DNA of 55,720 nt from Acidimicrobiia bacterium (GTDB lineage Bacteria; Actinomycetota; Acidimicrobiia; Spongiisociales; ZC4RG35), in NCBI GenBank assembly GCA_036556085.1, contig DATBKE010000170.1:1-55720 (forward strand), written 5' to 3'. The notes beneath the pieces were generated by a model that saw nothing but the letters and a program-made list of their open reading frames with translations, had not been told where the DNA came from and ran no database searches. The position numbers were made by a program, and so were the translations under genes. Positions 35,295-48,487 of this stretch are shown piece after piece; the first letter of the stretch is position 1, and every line of letters starts with the position of its first letter.

Positions 35295-36608
35295 CTAGCG
35301 GTCCCGGCGCCGCTCCCACCAGCGGGCTCCGCCGACCCCGCCAGCTATGAGGCCGGCCAGAGGGAGCGTGAGGGCGACACCGTTTAGTCCGTCTTCATCG
35401 GCAATGCCGTAGCGGGCCAGCAGCCCGAGTCCGGCACAGGCGCAGACCACCGCCAGGACCGGCCGCCACGAAGCTGGATAGGGCCGGCGATCAGTGTGGG
35501 GGCGCTCATAGCGCCCGAATACTCCGAGGAAAGGGAGCGTGACCAGAACCAGCGCCAGAATCCACAACGGGCGGGTGAGCCACCAGCTTGGGGTGTCGAC
35601 CGGAATCCCGAGCCCTGGTCCCCCTAACACCGCCAGCAGTCCGATCAGGCCCACCATCGCCGTCAGATGCCATAGATAGAGGGTCATGATGCGGCCGTTG
35701 ACCAGGATCGTGGCGGCCCAGTTCCGCTCGCGCGCCAGAAAGCGACGGGCCGGTCCTTCCAAGGCGAGCAACAACCCGGTCTGAAAGACACCAAGGGCTA
35801 CCAGCGTGACTTTGGGCGGCTGGCTATTGGTCACCGCCGCGGTGTCGAGGCCGACCATCGCCACCGGATACGGACCGAAGGCGACCAATGCGGCGGTGGC
35901 AGCAAGTCCGGCCAGGGCCAGTCCCAGGCGGGTCCCGGCATTGCCGAGCTTGGCGTCTGCCCAGGCGTAACCCAGGCTGTGAATCGTTCCCCAGACGAAC
36001 AAATAGTTCAGGTAGCCGGCATAGCCCAGACCAAGCCCCAGGCTGACAAGGTCGATCAATCCGGCAACGACGGCGGTCAAAGCGATGGATGCCCAACCCC
36101 ACTTCTCCCATGCCGCCAAAGTGAGCGGGGCCAGGGCGACGATGGCGACGTAGGTGGCGAGAAACCACACCGGGACCAGAGCCGCCTGCGATCCGAGCCG
36201 CACCAGCTCGAAGTTGATCCCTCGATCGAGCAGCACCGCCCCCCCAAATGACCAGACGATCAGCAACGGCACCACTGGGAGGAGAAGCCGGCGGAGACGT
36301 GCCCGCAGCCATGCCCCGTATGGCTCCTGACGGCGGCGGGCCGCCCGGAGGCCGGCCGCGTTGGCATAGCCTCCAACGAGGAAGAAGATCGGCATCACCT
36401 GGAGGATCCACGTCAAGTAATGGACCTGCCGGTTCTCGGTGAGGAGGTTGAAGACCTCCAGCCCATCGGCTCCGAAATAAGCCCCCGCCATCAGCCAATG
36501 CCCGAAAACCACCACCATGATCGAGGCCGCCCGCAGAAAGTCGACATAGCGATTGCGTGACTCGGGTGTCTGGCGGGCCATCTCCCGGGTTCGGGTCAAG
36601 ATCGTCAT
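35295..36608 (-). CDS. Acyltransferase-3 family membrane O-acyltransferase
   Basis: RNRYVDFLRA..VVVFGHW, QVMPIFFLVGGYAN, MTLYLWH; about 11 TM segments. Confidence 0.88.
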   Translation of the reverse strand: MTILTRTREMARQTPESRNRYVDFLRAASIMVVVFGHWLMAGAYFGADGLEVFNLLTENRQVHYLTWILQVMPIFFLVGGYANAAGLRAARRRQEPYGAWLRARLRRLLLPVVPLLIVWSFGGAVLLDRGINFELVRLGSQAALVPVWFLATYVAIVALAPLTLAAWEKWGWASIALTAVVAGLIDLVSLGLGLGYAGYLNYLFVWGTIHSLGYAWADAKLGNAGTRLGLALAGLAATAALVAFGPYPVAMVGLDTAAVTNSQPPKVTLVALGVFQTGLLLALEGPARRFLARERNWAATILVNGRIMTLYLWHLTAMVGLIGLLAVLGGPGLGIPVDTPSWWLTRPLWILALVLVTLPFLGVFGRYERPHTDRRPYPASWRPVLAVVCACAGLGLLARYGIADEDGLNGVALTLPLAGLIAGGVGGARWWERRRDR

Positions 36609-36662
36609 GGAGCGATGATCGGCGCGGAGAGGCCGGCCGTCGAGTAGGGAAACCCCTGATTC

Positions 36663-38711
36663 TCAGCTGCTGGCGCGATGGAGGAAGGCGGCCATTTGCT
36701 CGCGTAACACCGACTCGCCCGGGCAAAAGAAGAGGGGCGAGGCGGAGCATCCCTTGGTGATTCCGCTTTGGTAGAGGGCGGCGACGTCGCCGGCGTGAGT
36801 GCCGCCGACGTCGGCGAAGGGGTTCTGGGTCCCGGCGGGAAGGTGGAAGGCGCGGACCAGGAAGCTGGCCATCTGCTCGCGGGTCACGGATTGCTCGGGG
36901 CAGTAGCTCCCAGAGGCGCACCCGGTGGTGATGCCGGCGGCAGCCAGGCTGTTGATGTCGGTTTCGTGCGAGCTGCCGATGTCGTCGGAGAAGAAGTCCT
37001 GGGAAGCGGGGGGCAAGTCCAGAGCTCGAACGAGGAACGTCGCCATCTGCGCCCGGGTCACTGGCAAGCGGGGGCAGAACCAATCGTTGAATGGAGGGTT
37101 GCAGCCGATGGTGACCCCTTCGGCAGCCGCCCATTCGATATCGGGAGCGAAGGGGTTCTGGTCATCATCACCGAAGCGGCCGACGAAGTTGTACGCCGGT
37201 GGATCCTCGCACTCGAAATCGGGGGAACGAAACCAGCCATCAATGTCGCCATAGATCTGTCGGTTCCCGAGGGCGATCGCCACTGCACCGGAGGAATTCA
37301 ATCGGTAGAGGTCGCCATTCCCGTCACCGTCGTAGTCCGAGATCCGGAAGACATCGTCGGCGCCCACTGAGAGCGGTACCGAGATGGTCTCGGCGGCGGC
37401 GACGTAACCCGAGGCCGCCAGGAGCACCTGCAGAGATCCATTCGGAGCCAGCCGGTAGAGGTCAGGTACCCCGTCGAGATCCCTTTCTCCGATCATTGTG
37501 CGCCCGCTCCCAGCGGGAAGCTCAGCCGAGAGGAGGAGCGAACCGTAACCCGAGCCGCCGTCCCAGATTTCGAGGTCGGAGCCGCTGACCTTGTAAAGGT
37601 CGGCCCTGCCGTCCGAGTTGTAATCAGCCAGGAGGAGGGTGGCCGAGGAGTCGGCGGAGGCGCCGGTGTTGACGGTGCGGACGTCCTGGTAAAAGCCCTT
37701 CGCCTGATAGATCCGCAACTCGATTCGGCCCCCGGAAGTGGAGGCGAAGGCGATGTCGGGGCGGCCACCGAAGGCGGTATTGCCGAAGATGGCCTGCTGG
37801 CCGGTCGGCGCCCCCGGCAACTGGAAGCGCGAGAACCCGCACATTCCGAAGTCGGCCCAGGATCCGGTGATCTCGAGGGTGGGTCCCGCCACGGGGTGCT
37901 GGCGAATGCGGACGGCGTCGACGGCGCCGTCGCCGGTCAGATCCGCCAGTGCATCGATGGCTCCGCTTTGCCGCGAGCCGAGGGCGGTGCTGGGCACCGA
38001 TACCGTTTCCCCGAACGGTGCCCGCGGGGCGAGCGAGGCGTATGGGGCAGGGACCGGGCCGTAACCGGGAGTCGCGGCCGGTCCCATCCATGAGTAGTGC
38101 ATGGCGTCCTTGCTTCCCACCCAATCGCCTCCCCAGCAGAAGCCTGCCTGGCGCCAGGCGTTGACGTACCACTCCGGCATATCGGTGATCAGGCTCGAGG
38201 CGGTTGGGTTCGAGCGCGAGTTGATGTCGACGGCCGCTCCGAAGGCGTGATAGCTGATCGAGCGGGTGCCCGTGACGGTGCGGGCGGTGAAGCCGAAGGT
38301 CTCGCCGGAGCGAGTGGGATAGCTGCTGCCCGCCGCGGCGAGGTTGGCGGTGACCTGGTTGAAGGCAGCCAGGGCACGGCCATGGACCCTCACCGTGAGC
38401 CCGCCGGAGAAGGGCACCGGCCACGAGACCGAGGCCGCCCGGGCCTGGCCAATCGTTCTCCCGAACATGGCCCCGAAGGGACCCCGCAAAGGCTCGGAAT
38501 CGGCCAAGCCGCCCTGATTGCGGGCGAGGGCCGAAAAGAGACGGGGGACCCCGCAGCCATTCGACTCCGAATAAGTGGCTTCGACGTCTCCGCCGCCGTC
38601 GGCGCGGGCAAGCGACGGGAGCATCGTGAAGAGAAGGACAGCTCCCAAGATCAGCCGTCCCCGGCGTGAACTCCCCCGGGAGCCATGGACGCCCAATGGC
38701 TTGGGTGCCAT
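36663..38711 (-). CDS. Secreted M15-family Zn peptidase with FG-GAP-like repeats and three SLH domains
   Basis: Signal peptide (RR-LILGAVLLFTMLPSLARA); SYHAFGAAVD and WGGDW...DAMH; DxxxDG.xD repeats; three GIT.GC...CP..VTRxQMAxFL SLH repeats. Confidence 0.88.
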   Translation of the reverse strand: MAPKPLGVHGSRGSSRRGRLILGAVLLFTMLPSLARADGGGDVEATYSESNGCGVPRLFSALARNQGGLADSEPLRGPFGAMFGRTIGQARAASVSWPVPFSGGLTVRVHGRALAAFNQVTANLAAAGSSYPTRSGETFGFTARTVTGTRSISYHAFGAAVDINSRSNPTASSLITDMPEWYVNAWRQAGFCWGGDWVGSKDAMHYSWMGPAATPGYGPVPAPYASLAPRAPFGETVSVPSTALGSRQSGAIDALADLTGDGAVDAVRIRQHPVAGPTLEITGSWADFGMCGFSRFQLPGAPTGQQAIFGNTAFGGRPDIAFASTSGGRIELRIYQAKGFYQDVRTVNTGASADSSATLLLADYNSDGRADLYKVSGSDLEIWDGGSGYGSLLLSAELPAGSGRTMIGERDLDGVPDLYRLAPNGSLQVLLAASGYVAAAETISVPLSVGADDVFRISDYDGDGNGDLYRLNSSGAVAIALGNRQIYGDIDGWFRSPDFECEDPPAYNFVGRFGDDDQNPFAPDIEWAAAEGVTIGCNPPFNDWFCPRLPVTRAQMATFLVRALDLPPASQDFFSDDIGSSHETDINSLAAAGITTGCASGSYCPEQSVTREQMASFLVRAFHLPAGTQNPFADVGGTHAGDVAALYQSGITKGCSASPLFFCPGESVLREQMAAFLHRASS

Positions 38712-38733
38712 GCCGTCACCCTAGCCTGCGCGG

Positions 38734-39906
38734 GTGGCGCCCAAAGTCCGCAGCTTCAATCAGCGCCTGGAGCCGTTCGGGTCGACCATCTTCGCCGACA
38801 TCACCTCCCGAGCCGTGGCCGCCGGGGCGATCAATCTCGGCCAGGGCTTTCCCAACTTCGACGGGCCGGACTTCGTCAAGGAGGCTGCCATCGAGGCGAT
38901 CCACCAGGGGATGGGTCAGTACGCCCCGACCAACGGATTGCCGGATTTGGTGGCGGCGATCGCCGAGCGCTACCGCCCGGCTCTCGGTGCGATCGATCCC
39001 GCCCGGCACGTGACGGTCACCTCGGGTTGCACCGAAGCGCTGGCGGCCGCCTTCCTCGGGGTCCTGCAGCCCGGGGATGGGGTCATCTTGATCGAGCCCA
39101 CCTACGACGCCTATCCGGCCGACGTGGCACTCGCTGGCGCCCATCCGCAGTTTTTGACACTCGAGCCTCCAAACTTTCGGCTCGACCCCGAAAAGCTCGA
39201 GTCCGTTATCACGAAGGAGTCTCGGGCGATCGTCGTCAATACTCCTCACAACCCCTGTGGTCGGGTCTTGGGGTCTGAAGAGCTGGAGGCGATCGCCGAG
39301 ATCTGCCGCCGCCACGACCTGATCGCTATCACTGACGAGGTTTACGAGCACATGGTTTACGAGGGCGAGCACATCTCACTCGGGTCACTGGAGGGGATGT
39401 GGGACCGTACGATCACCCTCTCCTCGCTCGGCAAGACCTTCTCGCTCACCGGATGGAAAGTGGGCTGGGCGGTGGCCCCCGCCGATCTGACCAACGCGGT
39501 TCGCTCGGCTCATCAGTTTCTCACCTTCGCCACCGCCACCCCCCTGCAGTATGCGGCCGCGGTGGCCCTCCGAGCTCCGGGCTCCTACTACCAAGAACTG
39601 GCTGACTCCTACCGGTCGAAGAGGGACTTGCTGGCAGCCGGCCTGGATCGACTTGGCTTGGAGGTCTTCATGCCGGCGGGCACGTATTTCTTGATGGCCG
39701 ACCACTCCCGGTTCGGCGACCGTGACGACGTCGCCTTCGTCCGCCGCCTGATCGATGAGGTCGGGGTGGCCGCCATTCCTCCCAGCGCCTTCTATCACGA
39801 CCCGGAGGTAGCCAAGCATCTGGTTCGGTTCGCCTTTTGTAAAGACGAGCCGACGCTGGTCGAGGCCCTGGACCGGCTCAGCAACCTCAAGCCGGCTGCT
39901 CGCTAA
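38734..39906 (+). CDS. Class I/II PLP aminotransferase (YbdL/DapC-like)
   Basis: AINLGQGFPNFDGP, NTPHNPCG, DEVYEH, SLGKTFSLTGWKVGW, VRFAFCK. Confidence 0.92.
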   Translation: MAPKVRSFNQRLEPFGSTIFADITSRAVAAGAINLGQGFPNFDGPDFVKEAAIEAIHQGMGQYAPTNGLPDLVAAIAERYRPALGAIDPARHVTVTSGCTEALAAAFLGVLQPGDGVILIEPTYDAYPADVALAGAHPQFLTLEPPNFRLDPEKLESVITKESRAIVVNTPHNPCGRVLGSEELEAIAEICRRHDLIAITDEVYEHMVYEGEHISLGSLEGMWDRTITLSSLGKTFSLTGWKVGWAVAPADLTNAVRSAHQFLTFATATPLQYAAAVALRAPGSYYQELADSYRSKRDLLAAGLDRLGLEVFMPAGTYFLMADHSRFGDRDDVAFVRRLIDEVGVAAIPPSAFYHDPEVAKHLVRFAFCKDEPTLVEALDRLSNLKPAAR

Positions 39907-40397
39907 TCCTCCAGCATCTCTTCGAGGATCCGAAGGCCCTGGACCAGCTGGCCGAGCTCGCGTTCGCTCCGGCCCCGTAGCCGCGACGCCATCGCCCGGA
40001 CGCGGTTAGCTCTTGCCCTATTGACCATTCGTCGCCCCGCCGGAGTCAGGCGGACGACGACGCTGCGTCCATCGAGCGCGTTTTCGAGCTTCTTGACAAA
40101 CCCCGCCTCTTCCAGCATTAGCACCATCCGGGTGATGGCAGGCCGGCTCACCGAAAGTGCCTCGGCTAGTTCGCTGACCGTCAGCTGGCTGAAGTTCTGG
40201 CCGAGGCCCGCCCTCTCCAGGGCAGCCAGCAACTCGATACGCTCCACCGAAAGGCCGGTGTCTTCCTCGATCGAGCGAAACTGCCGCGACCACCGGGTGA
40301 GGACGGCCTCGGCTCGAACCGACGTCAGGTTGGTGGCGGTGCGCCGGAGGGGGGACGGAAGCGAAGGCGTGTCCACCGCCGGTACGGTAAACGCCAC
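39903..40397 (-). CDS. MarR-family transcriptional regulator
   Basis: VSELAEALSVSRPAITRMVLMLEEAGFV...DGRSVVVRLT winged HTH. Start uncertain; the ORF-track extension to 40484 overlaps the rpoB promoter. Confidence 0.85.
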   Translation of the reverse strand: MAFTVPAVDTPSLPSPLRRTATNLTSVRAEAVLTRWSRQFRSIEEDTGLSVERIELLAALERAGLGQNFSQLTVSELAEALSVSRPAITRMVLMLEEAGFVKKLENALDGRSVVVRLTPAGRRMVNRARANRVRAMASRLRGRSERELGQLVQGLRILEEMLED

Positions 40398-40413
40398 AAG
40401 TTCTGTCAGGCCC

Positions 40414-40443
40414 TTGACGAATTTCCCGATCTTGCGATAGAGT
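40414..40443 (+). promoter_or_regulatory. Housekeeping-sigma promoter P1 of rpoBC
   Basis: TTGACG-N18-TAGAGT, about 135 nt before the rpoB TTG. Confidence 0.65.
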
Positions 40444-40508
40444 GACCCCCGTTCTCCGGAACCACCGGACCGTGCTTCCCGCACGGCCGGAATGATCAGA
40501 TCCTCTGT

Positions 40509-40537
40509 TTGGGGTTTGCTTGCGCGTCTGCTAGCAT
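40509..40537 (+). promoter_or_regulatory. Possible second rpoBC promoter P2 (extended -10)
   Basis: TTGGGG-N17-TAGCAT with TGn extension; SD AAGGAGG at 40566-40572. Confidence 0.4.
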
Positions 40538-40579
40538 CCCCATTGCCTGTCCCTGAATCACCCCCAAGGAGGATCCCCG

Positions 40580-43927
<3,348 letters not shown>

Positions 43928-43977
43928 TCCAGATATCAGATTTCAGACACGAATAGCTGCTCAACCAGGAGAAGTAA

Positions 43978-46900
43978 TTGGCAAATCAGGTCTTTGACGA
44001 ACTAAAGATCGGCCTCGCCTCGAGCGACCAGATTCGCGCTTGGTCGTTCGGAGAGGTCAAGAAGCCGGAAACGATCAACTATCGCACCCTCCGTCCAGAG
44101 AAGGAGGGGCTCTTCGACGAGCGCATCTTTGGTCCCCAGCGGGATTGGGAGTGCTATTGCGGGAAGTACAAGCGAATTCGCTACAAGGGAATCATCTGCG
44201 AGCGCTGCGGCGTCGAGGTCACCCGCTCGAAGGTTCGCCGCGAGCGCATGGGCCATATCGAGTTGGCAGCTCCGGTCACCCACATTTGGTTCTTCAAAGG
44301 CGTGCCGAGCCGTCTCGGATACCTGCTCGACATGTCGCCGAAGGAACTCGAGAAGGTGATCTACTTCGCCGCCTACCTGATCACCGACGTCGACCACGAC
44401 AAGCGCCACAAGGACCTCTCCGAGCTCGAGGAAAACCTGCAGGCCGAAAAGCAAGTGATTCAGGATGAGTTCGACCAGTGGAAGCAGCAGCGACTCGAGC
44501 GCCTCGAGGTCGAGCTCTCGCAGATGGAAGAGGGCGGCGCCAAGGGCCAGGAAATCTCCGCCCGTCGGCGTGAGGTTGAAAAGGAGATGCGCGAGCGAGA
44601 AGAGCGGGCGAAGCGCGAGATCGAGCTGATCCAGGACGCCTTCGACATCTTCGGGAAGATGGAGCCGAAGACCCTGGTCGAATCCGAGCCTCTCTGGCGG
44701 GCGATCTCAGATCGCTACGACCAATACTTCAAGGGAGGGATGGGCGCCGAGTCGGTGAAGAATCTTCTCGACCACCTCAATCTCGACGATGAGCTGGCCA
44801 AGCTCCAGCAGGACCTGGCGGCCAACTCTGCCCAGAAGCGGCAGCGGGCGACCCAGCGGATCAAAGTCGTACGGCCCTTCTGGGAGGGCAAGAACCGGCC
44901 TCGCGACCTGATTCTCGAGACGGTCCCGGTGATTCCACCGGACCTGCGTCCCATGGTGCAGCTCGACGGTGGCCGCTTTGCCACCTCCGATCTCAATGAC
45001 CTCTATCGAAGAGTGATCAACCGTAACAACCGGTTGAAGAGGCTGCTCGATCTCGGCGCTCCCGAGATCATCGTCAACAACGAGAAGCGGATGTTGCAGG
45101 AAGCCGTCGATGCCCTGTTCGACAACGGCCGGCGAGGACGGGCGGTGACGGGCCCCGGCAATCGCGCCCTGAAATCGCTTTCGGACATGTTGAAGGGAAA
45201 GCAGGGACGGTTCCGGCAGAACCTGCTCGGGAAGCGGGTCGATTACTCGGGCCGCTCGGTCATCGTGGTCGGGCCCCAACTCCAGCTCAACCAGTGCGGG
45301 CTTCCCAAGGTGATGGCCCTCGAGCTTTTCAAGCCCTTCGTGATGAAGCGGCTGGCGGAAAAGGGCCACGCCCAGAACATCAAATCGGCCAAGCGGATGG
45401 TGGAGAGGCAGCGGCCCCAGGTTTGGGACGTCCTCTCCGAGGTCATCCAGGAGCATCCGGTGTTGCTCAACCGTGCCCCCACCCTGCATCGTCTTGGGAT
45501 CCAGGCCTTCGAACCGGTCCTGGTCGAGGGCAAGGCGATTCAAATTCACCCTCTGGTCTGCGAGGCATTCAACGCCGACTTCGACGGTGATCAGATGGCA
45601 GTCCACCTGCCACTCTCCGCTGAGGCGCAGGCCGAGGCGAGGGTGCTGATGATGTCGACCAACAACGTCCTGCGTCCCTCCAACGGGCGGCCGGTCATCA
45701 CCCCCTCCCAGGACATGGTGATCGGGATGTACTACCTGTCGGAGTCGGTCACGGGCGCCGGCGATCCCCCCATCTTCGGGACGGTGGAAGAGGCCAGCAT
45801 GGCCTATGACCTCGGTCAACTCGGTCTCCACGCGCCGATCAAGCTGCGGGTGGGAGAGCGCGCTGGTACCCCCGAGCGGCACGAGCAGTTCAAGACCGCA
45901 CTCCGAGGGTTGATTACCGACGAGCCGGTTGACGGGACCAAGCTCTTCGAGACCACCCTGGGACGGGCCGTGGTCAACTCGGCCTTTCCGGTGGATTTCC
46001 CCTACATCAACTCGGCGCTCTCAAAGGGAGACATCGGTCGCCTGATCGAGGTCGTGATCGAGCACTATCCCCGGACGGACGTGGCCACCACCCTTGACGC
46101 CATCAAGGATCTCGGGTTCCGCTATGCCACCAAAGCCGGCCTCACCATCGGACTCGAGGATGTGAAAACACCGAGCAACAAGGCGCAGATCCTCTCCGGC
46201 TACGAGACCATGGCCGACAAGGTGCAACAGCAGTTCCTCAAGGGAGTCATGACTGAAGAGGAGCGACGTCAGGAGCTCATCGAGATCTGGACCAGGGCCA
46301 CCGACGACGTCAAGGACGCGATGGAAGCCAACCTCAAGTCCGAGAAGTTCAACCCGCTCGACATGATGGTGGGCTCCGGTGCCCGCGGGAACATGCTGCA
46401 GGTGCGCCAGATTGCGGGCATGCGGGGCCTGGTGGCCAATCCGAAGGGCGACATCATCCCCCGACCGATCGTGTCGAACTTTCGGGAAGGCCTCTCGGTC
46501 CTCGAGTACTTCATCTCCACCCACGGAGTACGCAAGGGTCTGGCTGACACCGCCCTGCGCACGGCCGACTCGGGATACCTGACCCGTCGCTTGGTCGACG
46601 TCAGCCAGGAAGTGATCATCAAGCAGGCCGACTGCGAGACGGACAAGAGCATTCGGGTTTTCACCTACGACGAGCGAGGCAGGCCGATCCGGAATCTTCG
46701 TTCCCGGGTCTTCGGTCGGGTGTTGTCGGACGACGTCAAGGTGGATCGCAAGATCGTCGAGGGCGATGACATCAAGCTCTCGGCGGGCACCCTCCTCGGT
46801 ACGAGGGAAATGCAGTTGATTTCAGCGACGCCTGGAATCACCGAGTTGCGGGTCCGTTCCCCCCTCACCTGCGAAGCCCCCCTTGGGATCTGTCAGCAGT

Positions 46901-47916
46901 GCTACGGCCTCTCCCTCGCCACTGGAAAGCAGGTCGAGCTAGGAGAAGCGGTCGGGATCATGGCTGCGCAGTCCATCGGCGAACCGGGAACCCAGCTGAC
47001 CATGCGGACCTTCCATACCGGCGGGGTCGCCGGCGAGGACATCACCCATGGCTTGCCGAGGGTGGTCGAGCTGTTCGAAGCTCGTACTCCCAAGGGGAAG
47101 GCAGTGCTGGCCGAGGTTGGGGGACCGGTCCAGATCATCGACGACGACGAAGGAAAGCGGGTTGTGGTCGACGCCAAGGAGGGCGAGGCCGCCTACGGGG
47201 TCTCCCGGCGGGCCCGACTTCGCATCGCCGACGGCGATGTGATCGAGGCCGGCACCCAGCTCACCGAGGGTCCGTTGGATCCGAAGGAGGTCCTCGAGGT
47301 ACGCGGGGTCCGGGCAGCTCAGCAGTATCTGGTCGACCAGGTGCAGGAGGTGTACCGCTCTCAGGGGGTGGAGATCCACGACAAGCACATCGAGTTGATC
47401 GTCCGCCAGATGCTCCGCCGGATCAGGGTGGTGAACCCGGGCGACTCCGAGTTCATGCCGGCCGAGCTGGTCGATGAGCGCGATTTCCGCGATGCCAACC
47501 GGCGCCTGCTCGAGGATGAGAAGCAGCCAGCAGAAGGCCGGACGGAGCTCATGGGGATCACCAAGGCCTCACTGGCCACCGACTCCTGGCTCTCGGCTGC
47601 CTCCTTCCAGGAGACCACCCGGGTGCTGACCGATGCCGCCATCTTTGGCAAGTCGGACTACATGCGGGGTCTCAAGGAGAACGTGATCATCGGTCGATTG
47701 ATCCCGGCGGGAACCGGGGCTGCCGACTACCAGTCGCTGCAGCCCAATTTGCCGGGAGCGACCACCGTGGAATCGCTCGGCTGGCAGTTCGGGCCCCGGG
47801 AGCGGGAATGGACGGCCGAAGAGGCAGCCAATTGGCTGCGGGCCGGAGGCAACTCCGACGAAGACTTTGACTTCGCGGCGGACGTCGACTTCGAAGAGAG
47901 CGACGAGGACGAATAG
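43978..47916 (+). CDS. rpoC: DNA-directed RNA polymerase subunit beta-prime
   Basis: Zn finger CYCGKYK...CERCGV, catalytic [29 protein letters not shown]; actinobacterial coiled-coil insertion. Confidence 0.99.
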   Translation: MANQVFDELKIGLASSDQIRAWSFGEVKKPETINYRTLRPEKEGLFDERIFGPQRDWECYCGKYKRIRYKGIICERCGVEVTRSKVRRERMGHIELAAPVTHIWFFKGVPSRLGYLLDMSPKELEKVIYFAAYLITDVDHDKRHKDLSELEENLQAEKQVIQDEFDQWKQQRLERLEVELSQMEEGGAKGQEISARRREVEKEMREREERAKREIELIQDAFDIFGKMEPKTLVESEPLWRAISDRYDQYFKGGMGAESVKNLLDHLNLDDELAKLQQDLAANSAQKRQRATQRIKVVRPFWEGKNRPRDLILETVPVIPPDLRPMVQLDGGRFATSDLNDLYRRVINRNNRLKRLLDLGAPEIIVNNEKRMLQEAVDALFDNGRRGRAVTGPGNRALKSLSDMLKGKQGRFRQNLLGKRVDYSGRSVIVVGPQLQLNQCGLPKVMALELFKPFVMKRLAEKGHAQNIKSAKRMVERQRPQVWDVLSEVIQEHPVLLNRAPTLHRLGIQAFEPVLVEGKAIQIHPLVCEAFNADFDGDQMAVHLPLSAEAQAEARVLMMSTNNVLRPSNGRPVITPSQDMVIGMYYLSESVTGAGDPPIFGTVEEASMAYDLGQLGLHAPIKLRVGERAGTPERHEQFKTALRGLITDEPVDGTKLFETTLGRAVVNSAFPVDFPYINSALSKGDIGRLIEVVIEHYPRTDVATTLDAIKDLGFRYATKAGLTIGLEDVKTPSNKAQILSGYETMADKVQQQFLKGVMTEEERRQELIEIWTRATDDVKDAMEANLKSEKFNPLDMMVGSGARGNMLQVRQIAGMRGLVANPKGDIIPRPIVSNFREGLSVLEYFISTHGVRKGLADTALRTADSGYLTRRLVDVSQEVIIKQADCETDKSIRVFTYDERGRPIRNLRSRVFGRVLSDDVKVDRKIVEGDDIKLSAGTLLGTREMQLISATPGITELRVRSPLTCEAPLGICQQCYGLSLATGKQVELGEAVGIMAAQSIGEPGTQLTMRTFHTGGVAGEDITHGLPRVVELFEARTPKGKAVLAEVGGPVQIIDDDEGKRVVVDAKEGEAAYGVSRRARLRIADGDVIEAGTQLTEGPLDPKEVLEVRGVRAAQQYLVDQVQEVYRSQGVEIHDKHIELIVRQMLRRIRVVNPGDSEFMPAELVDERDFRDANRRLLEDEKQPAEGRTELMGITKASLATDSWLSAASFQETTRVLTDAAIFGKSDYMRGLKENVIIGRLIPAGTGAADYQSLQPNLPGATTVESLGWQFGPREREWTAEEAANWLRAGGNSDEDFDFAADVDFEESDEDE

Positions 47917-48487
47917 CGATCTGACCATCGTCCCGGTCACCCCGGGGCGATGGTCGGATCTGGAGTCCCTCTTCGGTCCTAACGGGGCCTATTCGAACTG
48001 TTGGTGCACCTGGTGGATCCTCACCGGCAAGGAGTTCTCTGAAGCGCTTCCCAGCGAACGCCGAGCGTTGCTCACCGAGCTGGTCGCCGACGGTCAGAGG
48101 CCGGGCCTCCTGGCATACCGCGACCGTCAACCCGTTGGCTGGTGCGCGGTGGGCCCGCGGCAGCGGTACACCCGGATGATGTCGCCACGATCACAGGTGT
48201 ATCGGCCGGTCGACGACGTCCAGGGCAATTGGGTGATCAATTGCTTCTACATCGACCGATCCCATCGCGGAACCGGAATTGCCACGGAACTGCTGGGGGC
48301 GGCTATCGCCTTTGCGCGCAAGTCGAAGGCACGGACGCTCGATGGCTATCCGTTGCTCGACGACAGCCACGGATCCTCGTCCCTGTATGTCGGGACCTAC
48401 TCGATGTTCGAGAACGCCGGGTTCACAGAGATTTCGCGGGTTCGCGACCGTCCGCTGATGCGGCTCCGGCTAACGGGAGAGAGCTGA
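47867..48487 (+). CDS. GNAT-family N-acetyltransferase
   Basis: [51 protein letters not shown]. Start ambiguous: TTG 47867 inside rpoC, ACG 47909 or CTG 47921. Confidence 0.88.
   Translation: MTSRRTSTSKRATRTNSDLTIVPVTPGRWSDLESLFGPNGAYSNCWCTWWILTGKEFSEALPSERRALLTELVADGQRPGLLAYRDRQPVGWCAVGPRQRYTRMMSPRSQVYRPVDDVQGNWVINCFYIDRSHRGTGIATELLGAAIAFARKSKARTLDGYPLLDDSHGSSSLYVGTYSMFENAGFTEISRVRDRPLMRLRLTGES

Noticed and set aside
35824-37134. 436-aa - strand ORF in an alternative frame
   Set aside because: Arg/Pro/Gly-rich off-frame product overlapping two well-supported genes.
40398-40484. Long N-terminus of the MarR ORF
   Set aside because: Covers the rpoB P1 promoter and leader and looks non-protein-like; the start is probably at 40397 or later.
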